The position numbers and the translations under genes are program-made. This document shows positions 54,870 through 63,929 of a stretch of 64,000 nucleotides of DNA, piece after piece. Under the pieces are notes generated by a model, which saw nothing but the letters and a program-made list of their open reading frames with translations, was not told where the DNA came from and did no database searches. The stretch comes from a virus: IMG/VR virus record IMGVR_UViG_3300012928_002096, positions 1,549 through 65,548 of that record; one strand, given 5' to 3'. The number at the start of each line of letters is the position of its first letter. Within the stretch, counting starts at the first letter, position 1.

Positions 54870-55559
54870 CTATTTATCTGTAAAAACTAATTGCTCTATC
54901 CTTTGTATATTATCCCCAACTAACATTTGAGCTATTAGTAATGTTTTAGCGTCACGTACATAAAAGTAGTAACCTTTAACATATCTACTATTTGTAATAC
55001 TTTCTTTGGCTTTGTCACCTATCTTTGCCAGGTGTGGATTTTCGTCTATCCATTTTACTAAGCTAGGTGTTCCTAACTTCTTTCCAAGTGTTACTTTATA
55101 CTGATATTGCGGTTCTTTGTCAACTAAAATAACATTTTTATTTTCTTGTAAAAATTGTATTTGTAAAGGATCGGGTTCATAAAACTCCACCCAATTTTCT
55201 TTGATATTATTTGATAAACTTGTTAAGAACTTCCTATCATTGCTGTATAAATTGAGTCTATGCATTTCAACTCGCACTAAGTAATCTACATCATTCCTTA
55301 TTAAATGTCTGTAAATTGTTATTGCATCATAATAATGTTTTGTATCAATAGATTCTTTAAATCTACTGCCAACAGGTAATGTTATTTGAGGTTTTCTAAA
55401 ATTATGATATCTGTTACATTCATCTAGCTTGCCTTTTGCATAACTTAATGTGCCTTCTTTTTGAAACTCAGTACGGAAAAAAGTAGCACATTGATTACGT
55501 ATACAAAGTTTGTAAAGATACTTGTTATAATGTAACTTTTTACTTTCATACAGTTTCAT
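54870..55559 (-). CDS. Hypothetical protein
   Basis: 229-aa ORF coupled to clpA. Confidence 0.7.
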   Translation of the reverse strand: MKLYESKKLHYNKYLYKLCIRNQCATFFRTEFQKEGTLSYAKGKLDECNRYHNFRKPQITLPVGSRFKESIDTKHYYDAITIYRHLIRNDVDYLVRVEMHRLNLYSNDRKFLTSLSNNIKENWVEFYEPDPLQIQFLQENKNVILVDKEPQYQYKVTLGKKLGTPSLVKWIDENPHLAKIGDKAKESITNSRYVKGYYFYVRDAKTLLIAQMLVGDNIQRIEQLVFTDK

Positions 55560-57792
55560 TTTCTTCTACCAAACAATCTAATTTGATTTCATCTTCTCTG
55601 AAATCGATTGTAACACTTCCGCCATTTTTAAGTTCACCAAAAAGTATTTTTTTACTTAGAGGACGTTTAATTTGTGCATCAATTACACGCTGTAACGGTC
55701 TTGCACCCATTTTAGGATTGAATCCTTTGTCAACTAAGAAGTCAAGAGCTTCGTCAGTAATGTCAATAGCAATATCTTTTTCTTGTACTTGTTGTTTTAG
55801 CTCTAGTAAAAACTTACCTACAATTTTCATCATTACTGGCTTGTCAAGTTTACCAAATGTAATAACACCATCTAGCCTGTTTCTAAACTCAGGTGGAAAA
55901 TATTTTTTAAAGTCAGTATCTTCATAGTCTTTATCGCTATCTTCACCAAAACCAATTGCATTTTTCTCAGCATCTTGTGACCCTAAGTTAGTAGTTAGTA
56001 TAAGTGTAGCATTACGTGCATCTGCTTCTTTACCGTTACTGCCTGTTACTCTACCATTGTCCATAATTTGTAACAAAATAGTGCTGATGTCTGGATGTGC
56101 TTTTTCTATTTCATCTAAAAGTAATACACAGTTTGGATTTTCTTGCAGTTTAGTAATAAGTTGGCCTGCGTCTTCTTCAAAACCTACATAACCTGGAGGC
56201 GAGCCAATCAGTTTACTAATACTATGCTTTTCTTGGAATTCACTCATATCAAAACGCACAAGTTTTACACCCAAATGATGTGCTAGTTGCTTGCTTAGTT
56301 CTGTTTTACCAACACCTGTTGGACCCATAAACACAAAACTACCAATTGGTTTGTTTTCACTTTTTAGTCCTGCTTGTGCTACTAAGATTTTATCAACAAT
56401 ATCTTCGATAGCATTGTCTTGACCATACACAACTGTTTTTAGATTATCTTCTAAGTTTGCTAAGTTTTCGCTTTCACGTTCTTTTACCTGTTCTTCAGGC
56501 AAGTTAATCATTTTTGCTAATTCAAACTGTATACTTTCTTCAGTTACAACTTTATTTTCAACTTGATCATTTACTTTGAATCTACTACAAGCAACATCAA
56601 TCAAATCTATTGCTTTATCAGGCAATTTTTTATCAGTTTGATATTTTACGCTAAGTTTTACGGCTGCGTTTATTGCTTCTTCTGTAATAGTAGTATTATG
56701 ATAACTTTCATAATATTGTTTAATACCTTTAAGTATTCTTACAGTGTTTTCTTGTGAAGGTTCGTCAACATTTACCCTTTGAAATCTTCTCATCAACGCA
56801 CGATCTTTTTCAAAGAACTTACGATACTCTTCCCAAGTTGTACTTGCAACAACTTTCAAGTTACCTTTAGTCAAAGCAGGCTTTAACATATTTGCCATAT
56901 CATTTGCACTGTTACTACCGCTTGCACCAGCACCACTTATCATATGTGCTTCGTCGATAAACATAATAGTTTTGCCTTTTTTCTGCAATGCAGAAATAAC
57001 CAACTTGAAACGCTCTTCAAAATCTCCTCTATACTTTGATCCTGCTAACATACTGCCAATATCCAATGTATAAACATTGTATTCTTTTAAAAACTCTGGT
57101 ACACTTCCGTGGACAATATTGTATGCAAGTCCTTCAGCAATAGCAGTCTTACCCACACCTGGTTCACCAACCATTAGCACATTACTTTTGCTTCTTCTAC
57201 CAAGTGCAAGTGCTACTTGCTCTAGTTCTTCACTGCGTCCAATAATAGGATCAATTTTATTATTTTTAACAAGACTGTTTAAGTCGCTTGTAAACTCTTT
57301 TAGTGCTTTATTAGCAATACCCATATTTTCTTGTGGGTTGTCATCGTCACTTCTATCAAATTCTGTGCTAATATAGTCTGCAAATTGCTGTTTATTTACA
57401 CCAGCCTGCTGTGTAATAAAATACGCATAACTTTTCTTTTCACTTAGTATACTTAGAAATACATCTGATATTTCTATCATATTACGCATACTAAACAATA
57501 CTTGTGTAAACGCTCTATTCAATACACGTTCTACTGTTTGTGTCTTAGCAGGTTTATATTCTTTACCTTTCTCAACTAAAATATTATCAAGTTTAGTTCT
57601 GAGATAATTTTCCAAATTCTTTTTAATATATTCAACGTCTGTGCCAAATCCTGTGACAAGTTCACTGAAATTATTTTCACACAACATTGCATATAGTAAA
57701 TGTTCTAATGTCACATACTCGTGACGTAGTTTTACTGCGTCTTTGACTACTTTATCAAATACAAGTTGTAATTCTTTAGACGGTTCTACCAT
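55546..57792 (-). CDS. clpA: ATP-dependent Clp protease ATP-binding subunit ClpA
   Basis: Clp_N (HEYVTLEHLL), two AAA modules (GEPGVGKT, GPTGVGKT), IGF ClpP-docking loop (NAIGFG), MGARPL. Confidence 0.95.
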   Translation of the reverse strand: MVEPSKELQLVFDKVVKDAVKLRHEYVTLEHLLYAMLCENNFSELVTGFGTDVEYIKKNLENYLRTKLDNILVEKGKEYKPAKTQTVERVLNRAFTQVLFSMRNMIEISDVFLSILSEKKSYAYFITQQAGVNKQQFADYISTEFDRSDDDNPQENMGIANKALKEFTSDLNSLVKNNKIDPIIGRSEELEQVALALGRRSKSNVLMVGEPGVGKTAIAEGLAYNIVHGSVPEFLKEYNVYTLDIGSMLAGSKYRGDFEERFKLVISALQKKGKTIMFIDEAHMISGAGASGSNSANDMANMLKPALTKGNLKVVASTTWEEYRKFFEKDRALMRRFQRVNVDEPSQENTVRILKGIKQYYESYHNTTITEEAINAAVKLSVKYQTDKKLPDKAIDLIDVACSRFKVNDQVENKVVTEESIQFELAKMINLPEEQVKERESENLANLEDNLKTVVYGQDNAIEDIVDKILVAQAGLKSENKPIGSFVFMGPTGVGKTELSKQLAHHLGVKLVRFDMSEFQEKHSISKLIGSPPGYVGFEEDAGQLITKLQENPNCVLLLDEIEKAHPDISTILLQIMDNGRVTGSNGKEADARNATLILTTNLGSQDAEKNAIGFGEDSDKDYEDTDFKKYFPPEFRNRLDGVITFGKLDKPVMMKIVGKFLLELKQQVQEKDIAIDITDEALDFLVDKGFNPKMGARPLQRVIDAQIKRPLSKKILFGELKNGGSVTIDFREDEIKLDCLVEENETV

Positions 57793-58312
57793 TTACTTTC
57801 CTTTTATATTTTTTATGTCTTTTCTTTTCTGCTAAGTTTAATTTTAATTTAGACACTCTATTAATGAATTGCACACCTTGTAAATGATCATACTCGTGTA
57901 AGAATATTCTTGCATCAATATCATCAAATTTTGTTTCTACGTGTATTACGCTTTTACCATCTGGTGTAATAGTATCAAATTCTACCATACAACTCATAGG
58001 ACGTCTTACTTTCAAAAACAAGTCAGGATGACTCAAACAACCTTCAACACCTAGTTCAAGTTCTTTACTCAAACCTTTAATCATTGGATTAATTACTGTA
58101 GTTATGTCGCCATATTGTTTATTAAGCATAGTTCTCATAACAAAAATTTGTCCGTCAAATCCTACTTGATTTGCACTGAGTCCTAAACCGTGATGCTTAC
58201 GCATTACGTCCATCATATCAAATGCAATTGGCGCCGGATGTATATTTGTAATATCAAACGGTCGTACAGAATTTTCTAACATAACATCAGGTGCGAGAAT
58301 TAAGTTCATCAT
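57776..58312 (-). CDS. def: Peptide deformylase
   Basis: GLGLSANQVG, EGCLS, HEYDHLQG. Confidence 0.95.
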   Translation of the reverse strand: MMNLILAPDVMLENSVRPFDITNIHPAPIAFDMMDVMRKHHGLGLSANQVGFDGQIFVMRTMLNKQYGDITTVINPMIKGLSKELELGVEGCLSHPDLFLKVRRPMSCMVEFDTITPDGKSVIHVETKFDDIDARIFLHEYDHLQGVQFINRVSKLKLNLAEKKRHKKYKRKVNGRTV

Positions 58313-59090
58313 TTAACTGTCTTATCCTATCTAAATCTTCATACCTATCTAATTTAGGCGTAGTTCCTTTTACTTCAACATACACGTTGCCTGTACGTTG
58401 TGTTTTATAATCTTTGATTCCGTAACCTGGAATACTTAATATTGTGCCTGGATGTGTGCCTGGAGGAATCTTAATAGCAATTGTGCCTCCTCCTAATTTG
58501 TCTATAGTTGTTTCTGTGCCTAAAATAAGTTCTAATACATTTATACTACAAAATGTTCTCAAATGCAACCTATCTCTTACATATTTTGGATGACTTTTAA
58601 CATTTATTTTAGCAAGTAAGTTTCCCCTTGGTAGTTGTTTAAAATAGTTGTCACCTAAGCCTGCAAGTTGTAATATTTGTCCGCTTTCAATGCCTGCTGG
58701 TACGTGAATATTTGCAACTACTTCTTCACCAGAACGTAACTGATATCTGCCAATAATATTTTTGCCTTGTATAACATCTTCTAAATTAACATTTACATTA
58801 ATAGTAACATCTTGATTTCGCCTTTGTACTCTTCTGCCTTGGTGAAAAAACGCTCCAAAAATATCATTCATATTTTGACTGTTGAAATTCATTTCTGGTC
58901 TAGGAGGAGCATCATAATGAGCCTTTTTATCAGGATCTTTTAGCGTGTCATATGCTTCATTTATTTCTTGAAACATTTTTTGGTCACCACCTTTGTCAGG
59001 GTGATGCTTCATTGCTAATTTTTTATATGCTCGTTTGAGTTCTTCAGGAGATGCTGATTTGTCAACACCTAACCGCTTGTAATAGTCCAT
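58287..59090 (-). CDS. dnaJ: DnaJ/CbpA-type co-chaperone (no Zn finger)
   Basis: J domain YKKLAMKHHPDKGG; DnaJ_C region. Confidence 0.9.
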   Translation of the reverse strand: MDYYKRLGVDKSASPEELKRAYKKLAMKHHPDKGGDQKMFQEINEAYDTLKDPDKKAHYDAPPRPEMNFNSQNMNDIFGAFFHQGRRVQRRNQDVTINVNVNLEDVIQGKNIIGRYQLRSGEEVVANIHVPAGIESGQILQLAGLGDNYFKQLPRGNLLAKINVKSHPKYVRDRLHLRTFCSINVLELILGTETTIDKLGGGTIAIKIPPGTHPGTILSIPGYGIKDYKTQRTGNVYVEVKGTTPKLDRYEDLDRIRQLNDELNSRT

Positions 59091-59109
59091 ACTATTACTT
59101 ATTTAGACC

Positions 59110-59583
59110 CTAGCGTTTTTTACTTGAACTTGATTGTTTACCTGCGTATGCTTGTCCACCAAAGAATGCTGCAACTATTGCTGCAACAGAAACAAAGTAA
59201 GTTGCTGCCATTGAGCCTAGTATATCTCCGGCTGTTTCTAAGTTTGCAAATACAGCCAATACTACTGCAAAAGGATATAGTAACATTCCAAACAAAGCAA
59301 ACCAAGCCATTTTACGTTGTGCGTCACGCATTGCATCAGCATCTTCAAGTGCTTTGCGTCTAAATTCTAACTCCATTGCCTTTTCTTCAGCATCAACCCA
59401 TCCATCTCCATTTATATCAGCAGGATGATAAGTTTGCTGAACAGGCGCAGGTGCTGCTACTGGTGCCGCTGCTGGCGCTGCTGCCGGTGTTGGTGTAGGA
59501 GCTGGTGCTGGTGCAGGAGTTGCTGCTTTTGGTGCAGGTGCTGCTCCACCGCTCTTAAGTTCCTCAGGTTTTTTTCTTGGCAT
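59110..59583 (-). CDS. Two-TM membrane protein with Pro/Ala-rich N-terminus (holin candidate)
   Basis: PA/PT repeats, DINGDGWVD, two TM helices, basic C-terminus; downstream of lysis genes. Confidence 0.6.
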   Translation of the reverse strand: MPRKKPEELKSGGAAPAPKAATPAPAPAPTPTPAAAPAAAPVAAPAPVQQTYHPADINGDGWVDAEEKAMELEFRRKALEDADAMRDAQRKMAWFALFGMLLYPFAVVLAVFANLETAGDILGSMAATYFVSVAAIVAAFFGGQAYAGKQSSSSKKR

Positions 59584-59860
59584 TTTTACCCTCCAATTTG
59601 TTTAGTCTTGCCTCGATTGAATCTATTTTAGCTGTAATTTTTGGATACTTTTTACGCCAAGCATCTTCAGGTTGTTCCAGCCAAGTTAAGCCCCAACGTT
59701 CAACTAAGTAGTCGACCATAAGATCAAATTTTGCATAACCCCAAAGTCCTACTCTTGTTGTGCTTAAATATGCCAAAACCATTGCACCTGCAATACTACC
59801 GGCAATACTAGTATAGATCCAAGTTCTATCGCTAGCCATATTTTGTATCATTTCCCACAT
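59564..59860 (-). CDS. Small membrane protein
   Basis: One TM helix and a coiled C-terminus. Confidence 0.65.
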   Translation of the reverse strand: MWEMIQNMASDRTWIYTSIAGSIAGAMVLAYLSTTRVGLWGYAKFDLMVDYLVERWGLTWLEQPEDAWRKKYPKITAKIDSIEARLNKLEGKNAKKKT

Positions 59861-59884
59861 AAACAGCCCTCCTATTATGTGTAT

Positions 59885-60307
59885 TTACCATAAATCAGTA
59901 TTACACCAGTATTGTTCTGCACCAGGCTGAAGTGAATCACAGCCACGTATTAGTAATTCGATCATTTCTGTAAGGTCTTGTGAAATACCTGTAATTATTG
60001 CAAGAAAAATAAACAAGAAAAATAGTATAAATGGACTTGAAAGAATTAACCACCAATAAGTTCTAAATATTCCGTATCCGTGTGCTTTACGATATTCTCT
60101 TTTGCGTTGGAACCAATGCACAATTCCTTTTATAATGTTTTTGATTCCTTCAACAAACCATTCGCCTATAAAGTGTCTAATAACTCTAACAACAATAAGG
60201 ATTGGACTTGCAATAACTTCCCAAATTAAAAGCAATGCATCTACAATAAGATCAACTACGTGATCTACTGTCCACCATTCCTTAAAACGTTGCCAACGAC
60301 TTTTCAT
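59885..60307 (-). CDS. Membrane protein
   Basis: Two hydrophobic segments. Confidence 0.65.
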   Translation of the reverse strand: MKSRWQRFKEWWTVDHVVDLIVDALLLIWEVIASPILIVVRVIRHFIGEWFVEGIKNIIKGIVHWFQRKREYRKAHGYGIFRTYWWLILSSPFILFFLFIFLAIITGISQDLTEMIELLIRGCDSLQPGAEQYWCNTDLW

Positions 60308-60801
60308 TTTTCAGCCCTATACCTTCTTATACTTATACTTCTATGCGGATTATATCTTTCATACCTAACTTTATTGTCTTGATTGCCGCCTAAAATTACC
60401 CAGTATTCTTTGCCGTTGTAAATTTGTGTTTCTACATAAAATCCAACGTGTCCTTTCCACCCTTCATCACCTCTTGGAAAAATAACAATATCACCACGGC
60501 GTATATCGTGGCGTTGTACAGTATCTCCCCAATTCAAAAAACTTCTTGCTAATAATGGATTATCACTTACAGATTCACTGCCTGGAATATTGTCCTGTGC
60601 TAATACTGCATTTACAAACGCTGCACACCATTCTGTATACAGCGGGTCAACACCTACTAATTCTTTTATTTGCTTTCTATGTTGACGTTCTTCTAGTCCA
60701 ACGTACGGTTGAGCTGTGCCTATACTATCATCTGTAGTGACTTGACAACCTAATAATATAAAACTTAAAAGTAGAATTATATTATTCTTGAACCACAGCA
60801 T
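60304..60801 (-). CDS. TIGR02594-like NlpC/P60-CHAP peptidase, predicted lipoprotein
   Basis: Lipobox FILLGC; WCAAFVN, ARSFLNWG, GHVGFY, LGGNQ. Confidence 0.8.
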   Translation of the reverse strand: MLWFKNNIILLLSFILLGCQVTTDDSIGTAQPYVGLEERQHRKQIKELVGVDPLYTEWCAAFVNAVLAQDNIPGSESVSDNPLLARSFLNWGDTVQRHDIRRGDIVIFPRGDEGWKGHVGFYVETQIYNGKEYWVILGGNQDNKVRYERYNPHRSISIRRYRAEK

Positions 60802-61171
60802 TATCCATTGCTTCTTCTGCTTGTTCGTAGTAACCTTCATACGCTGCTATTATTGCTTGTTGCTGTTGCACTAATGCACGTATATCTGAAAAGTTCAAAC
60901 CTAAATTTCCGTATCCATCTCCTGTAAGTGCATATAATGCAAAGGCTTGTCCTTCTGTTTCAAGTTTATTAATTACTGCGTCTACATTACCTTCGTTGAT
61001 TACTATCCATTCTACTTTACGCATATTAAGTTCGTCAACTGGAGGCAACTGTAGTGTTGGTTTTTCAATTGGTTTAGAGCTTACTTCAATCTGCTGTGGC
61101 TTCGTCGAGCAGGCCGCGAGACTTATAAGTATCGTAAAGCCAAGGACACTCTTTGTTAAAAGCGATGTCAT
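60782..61171 (-). CDS. o-spanin-like lipoprotein
   Basis: Signal peptide with lipobox LAAC; Pro-rich then helical; start lies inside the i-spanin 3' end. Confidence 0.7.
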   Translation of the reverse strand: MTSLLTKSVLGFTILISLAACSTKPQQIEVSSKPIEKPTLQLPPVDELNMRKVEWIVINEGNVDAVINKLETEGQAFALYALTGDGYGNLGLNFSDIRALVQQQQAIIAAYEGYYEQAEEAMDNAVVQE

Positions 61172-61574
61172 TTTTTGCTGTCCTTTCTTTTTCATTGAGT
61201 TCTGCCCCCGACAATAATTCAAAGCATCTACCAGCATTTTCTGTGCCTCTATTTACTGCACGTTCTATACCATCTGCATTTGCTATGGCTGCTGCTGTCA
61301 AATCGATTTCTTGTAATTTATCTGCTAATTTTTGATTTTGTCTACGTATAGCAGTATAAGCATTATTTAAACTAGATATTTCGTTTTGAGCACTTGCATA
61401 GTCTGCTTGTAAACTTTCAAGTGCTTGCTCGTTTGTTTCAACTGCTATTTCTAATTTTGCGTTGTTTTCATTTAGTATTGCAATACGGGCTTGTGTGTCA
61501 TTATAATACCAATAACCTATGCCGCCCATAGCACACATAACTAAAAACATTACTGCTGCTAGTTTCAAGCCCAT
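61086..61574 (-). CDS. i-spanin-like protein
   Basis: N-terminal TM, long coiled coil, C-terminal Cys pair. Confidence 0.7.
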   Translation of the reverse strand: MGLKLAAVMFLVMCAMGGIGYWYYNDTQARIAILNENNAKLEIAVETNEQALESLQADYASAQNEISSLNNAYTAIRRQNQKLADKLQEIDLTAAAIANADGIERAVNRGTENAGRCFELLSGAELNEKERTAKNDIAFNKECPWLYDTYKSRGLLDEATAD

Positions 61575-61585
61575 ACCTTTACCAC

Positions 61586-62449
61586 CTACCCTAATAACTT
61601 TCCCAGTGTATTTGGTCCTACAATACCGTCTGCAACAAGACCATTTGCACTTTGCCACTCTTTAACAATACGTGCAGTACCAGGTCCAAAAATACCATCA
61701 GCAGGTGAAATATCAAGTCTTTCTTGTACTTCTGCTACTAATGGACCACGTGAACCTTGACGTATTGTTTGGTTAGTGTTAAGTTCTTTTTCTTCTTCTG
61801 GTTCTATTTCCATATCACCGCCTAAAACATCTAATGCGTGTGCCCAATGTTTTTTACGATCTTCTAGTCCAATAGTACCTCCGTTGATACGTTTGGTCAT
61901 TTTTAAAATGTCCATATTATCACAGTGTTTGTTAATATTGTTTTCGTCCCAGAACCAGCAAGCACTATCTAATGCACCTTTTTTGGTACGCACATAATCT
62001 ACTGCTTCTTCTGGTGTCATTTCTACATCTTCTGCGAATTCTGTGTAATTGTATCTTCCTGTAAGTTGTAGTATTCCGCCACCACGGAATCTCCAGCCGT
62101 CGCCGCTGTCAACATCACCATTGTCCATTCTGTTGGCATATATGACGTTAGCAATCCTTTCAGGTTGTCTATGATATTCGTTTGCATCTCTACCAGCCCT
62201 TTTAAAATATTTTGGAAATATAACATTTAGTGCTTTTGCACTGTAATTCAAGTTTTCACTTAGCACTCTAAAACCACCTGATTCGTGTCCACATTGTGCA
62301 ATAAATCCTGCAACTCTTGGTATTGTATTGACATCCCACAACGGCAGTATTTCAAGCATTGCTTCATACCAATCTTCCCAATCACTTCTATGGATTAGTT
62401 CTTCTGCCATCCACGGTTCAAAATCAAAATCAAAATCTTCTTTAGCCAT
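61586..62449 (-). CDS. GH19 chitinase-class endolysin with C-terminal peptidoglycan-binding domain
   Basis: FIAQCGHESGGF, FRGGGILQLTGRYNY, TKRINGGTIGLEDR; ADGIFGPGT and ADGIVGPNT. Confidence 0.92.
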   Translation of the reverse strand: MAKEDFDFDFEPWMAEELIHRSDWEDWYEAMLEILPLWDVNTIPRVAGFIAQCGHESGGFRVLSENLNYSAKALNVIFPKYFKRAGRDANEYHRQPERIANVIYANRMDNGDVDSGDGWRFRGGGILQLTGRYNYTEFAEDVEMTPEEAVDYVRTKKGALDSACWFWDENNINKHCDNMDILKMTKRINGGTIGLEDRKKHWAHALDVLGGDMEIEPEEEKELNTNQTIRQGSRGPLVAEVQERLDISPADGIFGPGTARIVKEWQSANGLVADGIVGPNTLGKLLG

Positions 62450-62615
62450 TTTTAGTTTCCTTTACTTCCGGGGTGCAGGCTTCACAACTGCAAGATTCAC
62501 ATAATTTTATTATTGTATTTGGTGAAGCATAGTTAGGTACACCACAATGTCCAGGGTGTCCGCAGTTTTTACAATATGTTCCGTTATAGTCTTTCGACCA
62601 CGAGTGTATGTCCAT
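62442..62615 (-). CDS. Cys/His-rich microprotein (below ORF-track cutoff)
   Basis: MDIHSWSKDYNGTYCKNCGHPGHC...LCESCSCEAC...NG*, 57 aa. Confidence 0.55.
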   Translation of the reverse strand: MDIHSWSKDYNGTYCKNCGHPGHCGVPNYASPNTIIKLCESCSCEACTPEVKETKNG

Positions 62616-63279
62616 TGTTTTCCAGTGTTAACGTTTTGTCACCGTATTTGGTAACATTGTAGTCTCCAAGGTATTTAGTTAAAAACAATATTTCAGGATA
62701 TGCTTCTATGTTTATTTTTTCATTGATTTGCACATCTTCTGTTTTATTAAAATCTTTGATAGTAAATGCTATTGGATCAGCATATACCTTTTTAATAATA
62801 ATATTTTCGCCTATAAAGTCTACTTGCCCTGCTAAACTTGAAAAGAATGTTTCTGCATTTTCCATTACAGTTAAACTATATGTTCTTGCATCAATTGGTA
62901 CTATTTCTTGCAAATTATCGATAGTTGCATCATAACTGCTGAAGTTTTTGTAGTATCTAAATTTAAAAGATTCTGTAGCTGAAAGTTCTCCAATACCATA
63001 TAGCATTGATACAATGTTTTCATTTACACTTGTGTTTCTTTCCATTTCTACAAAAACTTTGTAAGTGCCATTATCTAGTTCACTTACAGTAGAGTCTGCG
63101 TCTAAAACAAAGTCATATGATTTTTCAATAAATTCTACTAAATCTTTTGCTGCGGCAGCTTCGCTTACACTAAAACTTACTACAACAACATCTTCGTCAT
63201 CACCCATTTTACTTTTAAAATTATCTATTTCAAAAACCGGATTTAATAGATCACGCAAGTCTCCATTTCTCAAACCCAT
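62584..63279 (-). CDS. Hypothetical phage protein
   Basis: 231 aa, KSKMGDDEDVVVVSF...DLVEFIE...VLDAD. Confidence 0.75.
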   Translation of the reverse strand: MGLRNGDLRDLLNPVFEIDNFKSKMGDDEDVVVVSFSVSEAAAAKDLVEFIEKSYDFVLDADSTVSELDNGTYKVFVEMERNTSVNENIVSMLYGIGELSATESFKFRYYKNFSSYDATIDNLQEIVPIDARTYSLTVMENAETFFSSLAGQVDFIGENIIIKKVYADPIAFTIKDFNKTEDVQINEKINIEAYPEILFLTKYLGDYNVTKYGDKTLTLENNGHTLVVERL

Positions 63280-63782
63280 TATACTGCTCCTGGTACTTCT
63301 TCTTGTGTAGGAGCAGGTTGCACTGTTTCTGCACTCGGTTGCTCTTCTTTATCATACAAATCTTTATCGCCACTGTAGATATCTAATATCAAACTTTTTG
63401 GCATTTTGATTTCTACTACCCAAACTGGCACTTTGTCTAGTTTACCTTTTTTTGTACCTGGACGAATGTCTCCTGGCTTGCGTATTTGTCGTGCTTTTAT
63501 AATATGTGTTTTTTCAAAATTAATTTTACAACCATAATCAAGCAAAATTTTACCACCTGCTGGATCTGGCATATCTTTGCGTGGCCACATAAATGAACAA
63601 GTTACCCAATGTCTTTCAATTTTTGGACCTGCTGCTAGTTCGCCTTCGCTCCAATTTTCAAAAACATATAAACCTAAACTATCTATTACTCTTTCGAAAT
63701 CTTTTAAAATTGTAAAAGCTTTATCGTTTTCGTGAATAGTTTGTAAATTTTGTATTACGTCTAAAGTATCTAAAACAGCCAT
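63279..63782 (-). CDS. Hypothetical phage protein
   Basis: 167 aa, GAGGA RBS, late-promoter motif upstream. Confidence 0.75.
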   Translation of the reverse strand: MAVLDTLDVIQNLQTIHENDKAFTILKDFERVIDSLGLYVFENWSEGELAAGPKIERHWVTCSFMWPRKDMPDPAGGKILLDYGCKINFEKTHIIKARQIRKPGDIRPGTKKGKLDKVPVWVVEIKMPKSLILDIYSGDKDLYDKEEQPSAETVQPAPTQEEVPGAV

Positions 63783-63801
63783 AGTAGTCCTCGCTTTAGT
63801 A

Positions 63802-63809
63802 TATTTATC
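63802..63809 (-). promoter_or_regulatory. T4-type late promoter motif GATAAATA (representative copy)
   Basis: Same octamer on - strand before gene starts at 22838-22845, 28282-28289, 52187-52194 and 54871-54878, and on + strand at 5236-5243; compare T4 TATAAATA. Confidence 0.6.
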
Positions 63810-63929
63810 ATAATACTAATCTAACCTGTTTAGAATTCAACACGCACTTAATGATTTGGTGATCAATGTAAATACAATTGCAGGGGGACCTGCGTGGTCT
63901 CATCTGCTTCCATAAAAAGGAGACATTAT

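Noticed and set aside
59445-59550. GC-rich tandem-like repeats (gctgctggtgc...)
   Set aside because: They simply encode a Pro/Ala/Thr linker; degenerate codon-level repetition, not a DNA element
59-63310. Many short antisense or alternate-frame ORFs in the track (e.g. 1525-1707, 21500-21943, 31149-31655, 44740-45051, 50751-51143)
   Set aside because: They lie wholly within motif-bearing genes on the opposite strand or frame, lack RBSs and have shadow-like composition
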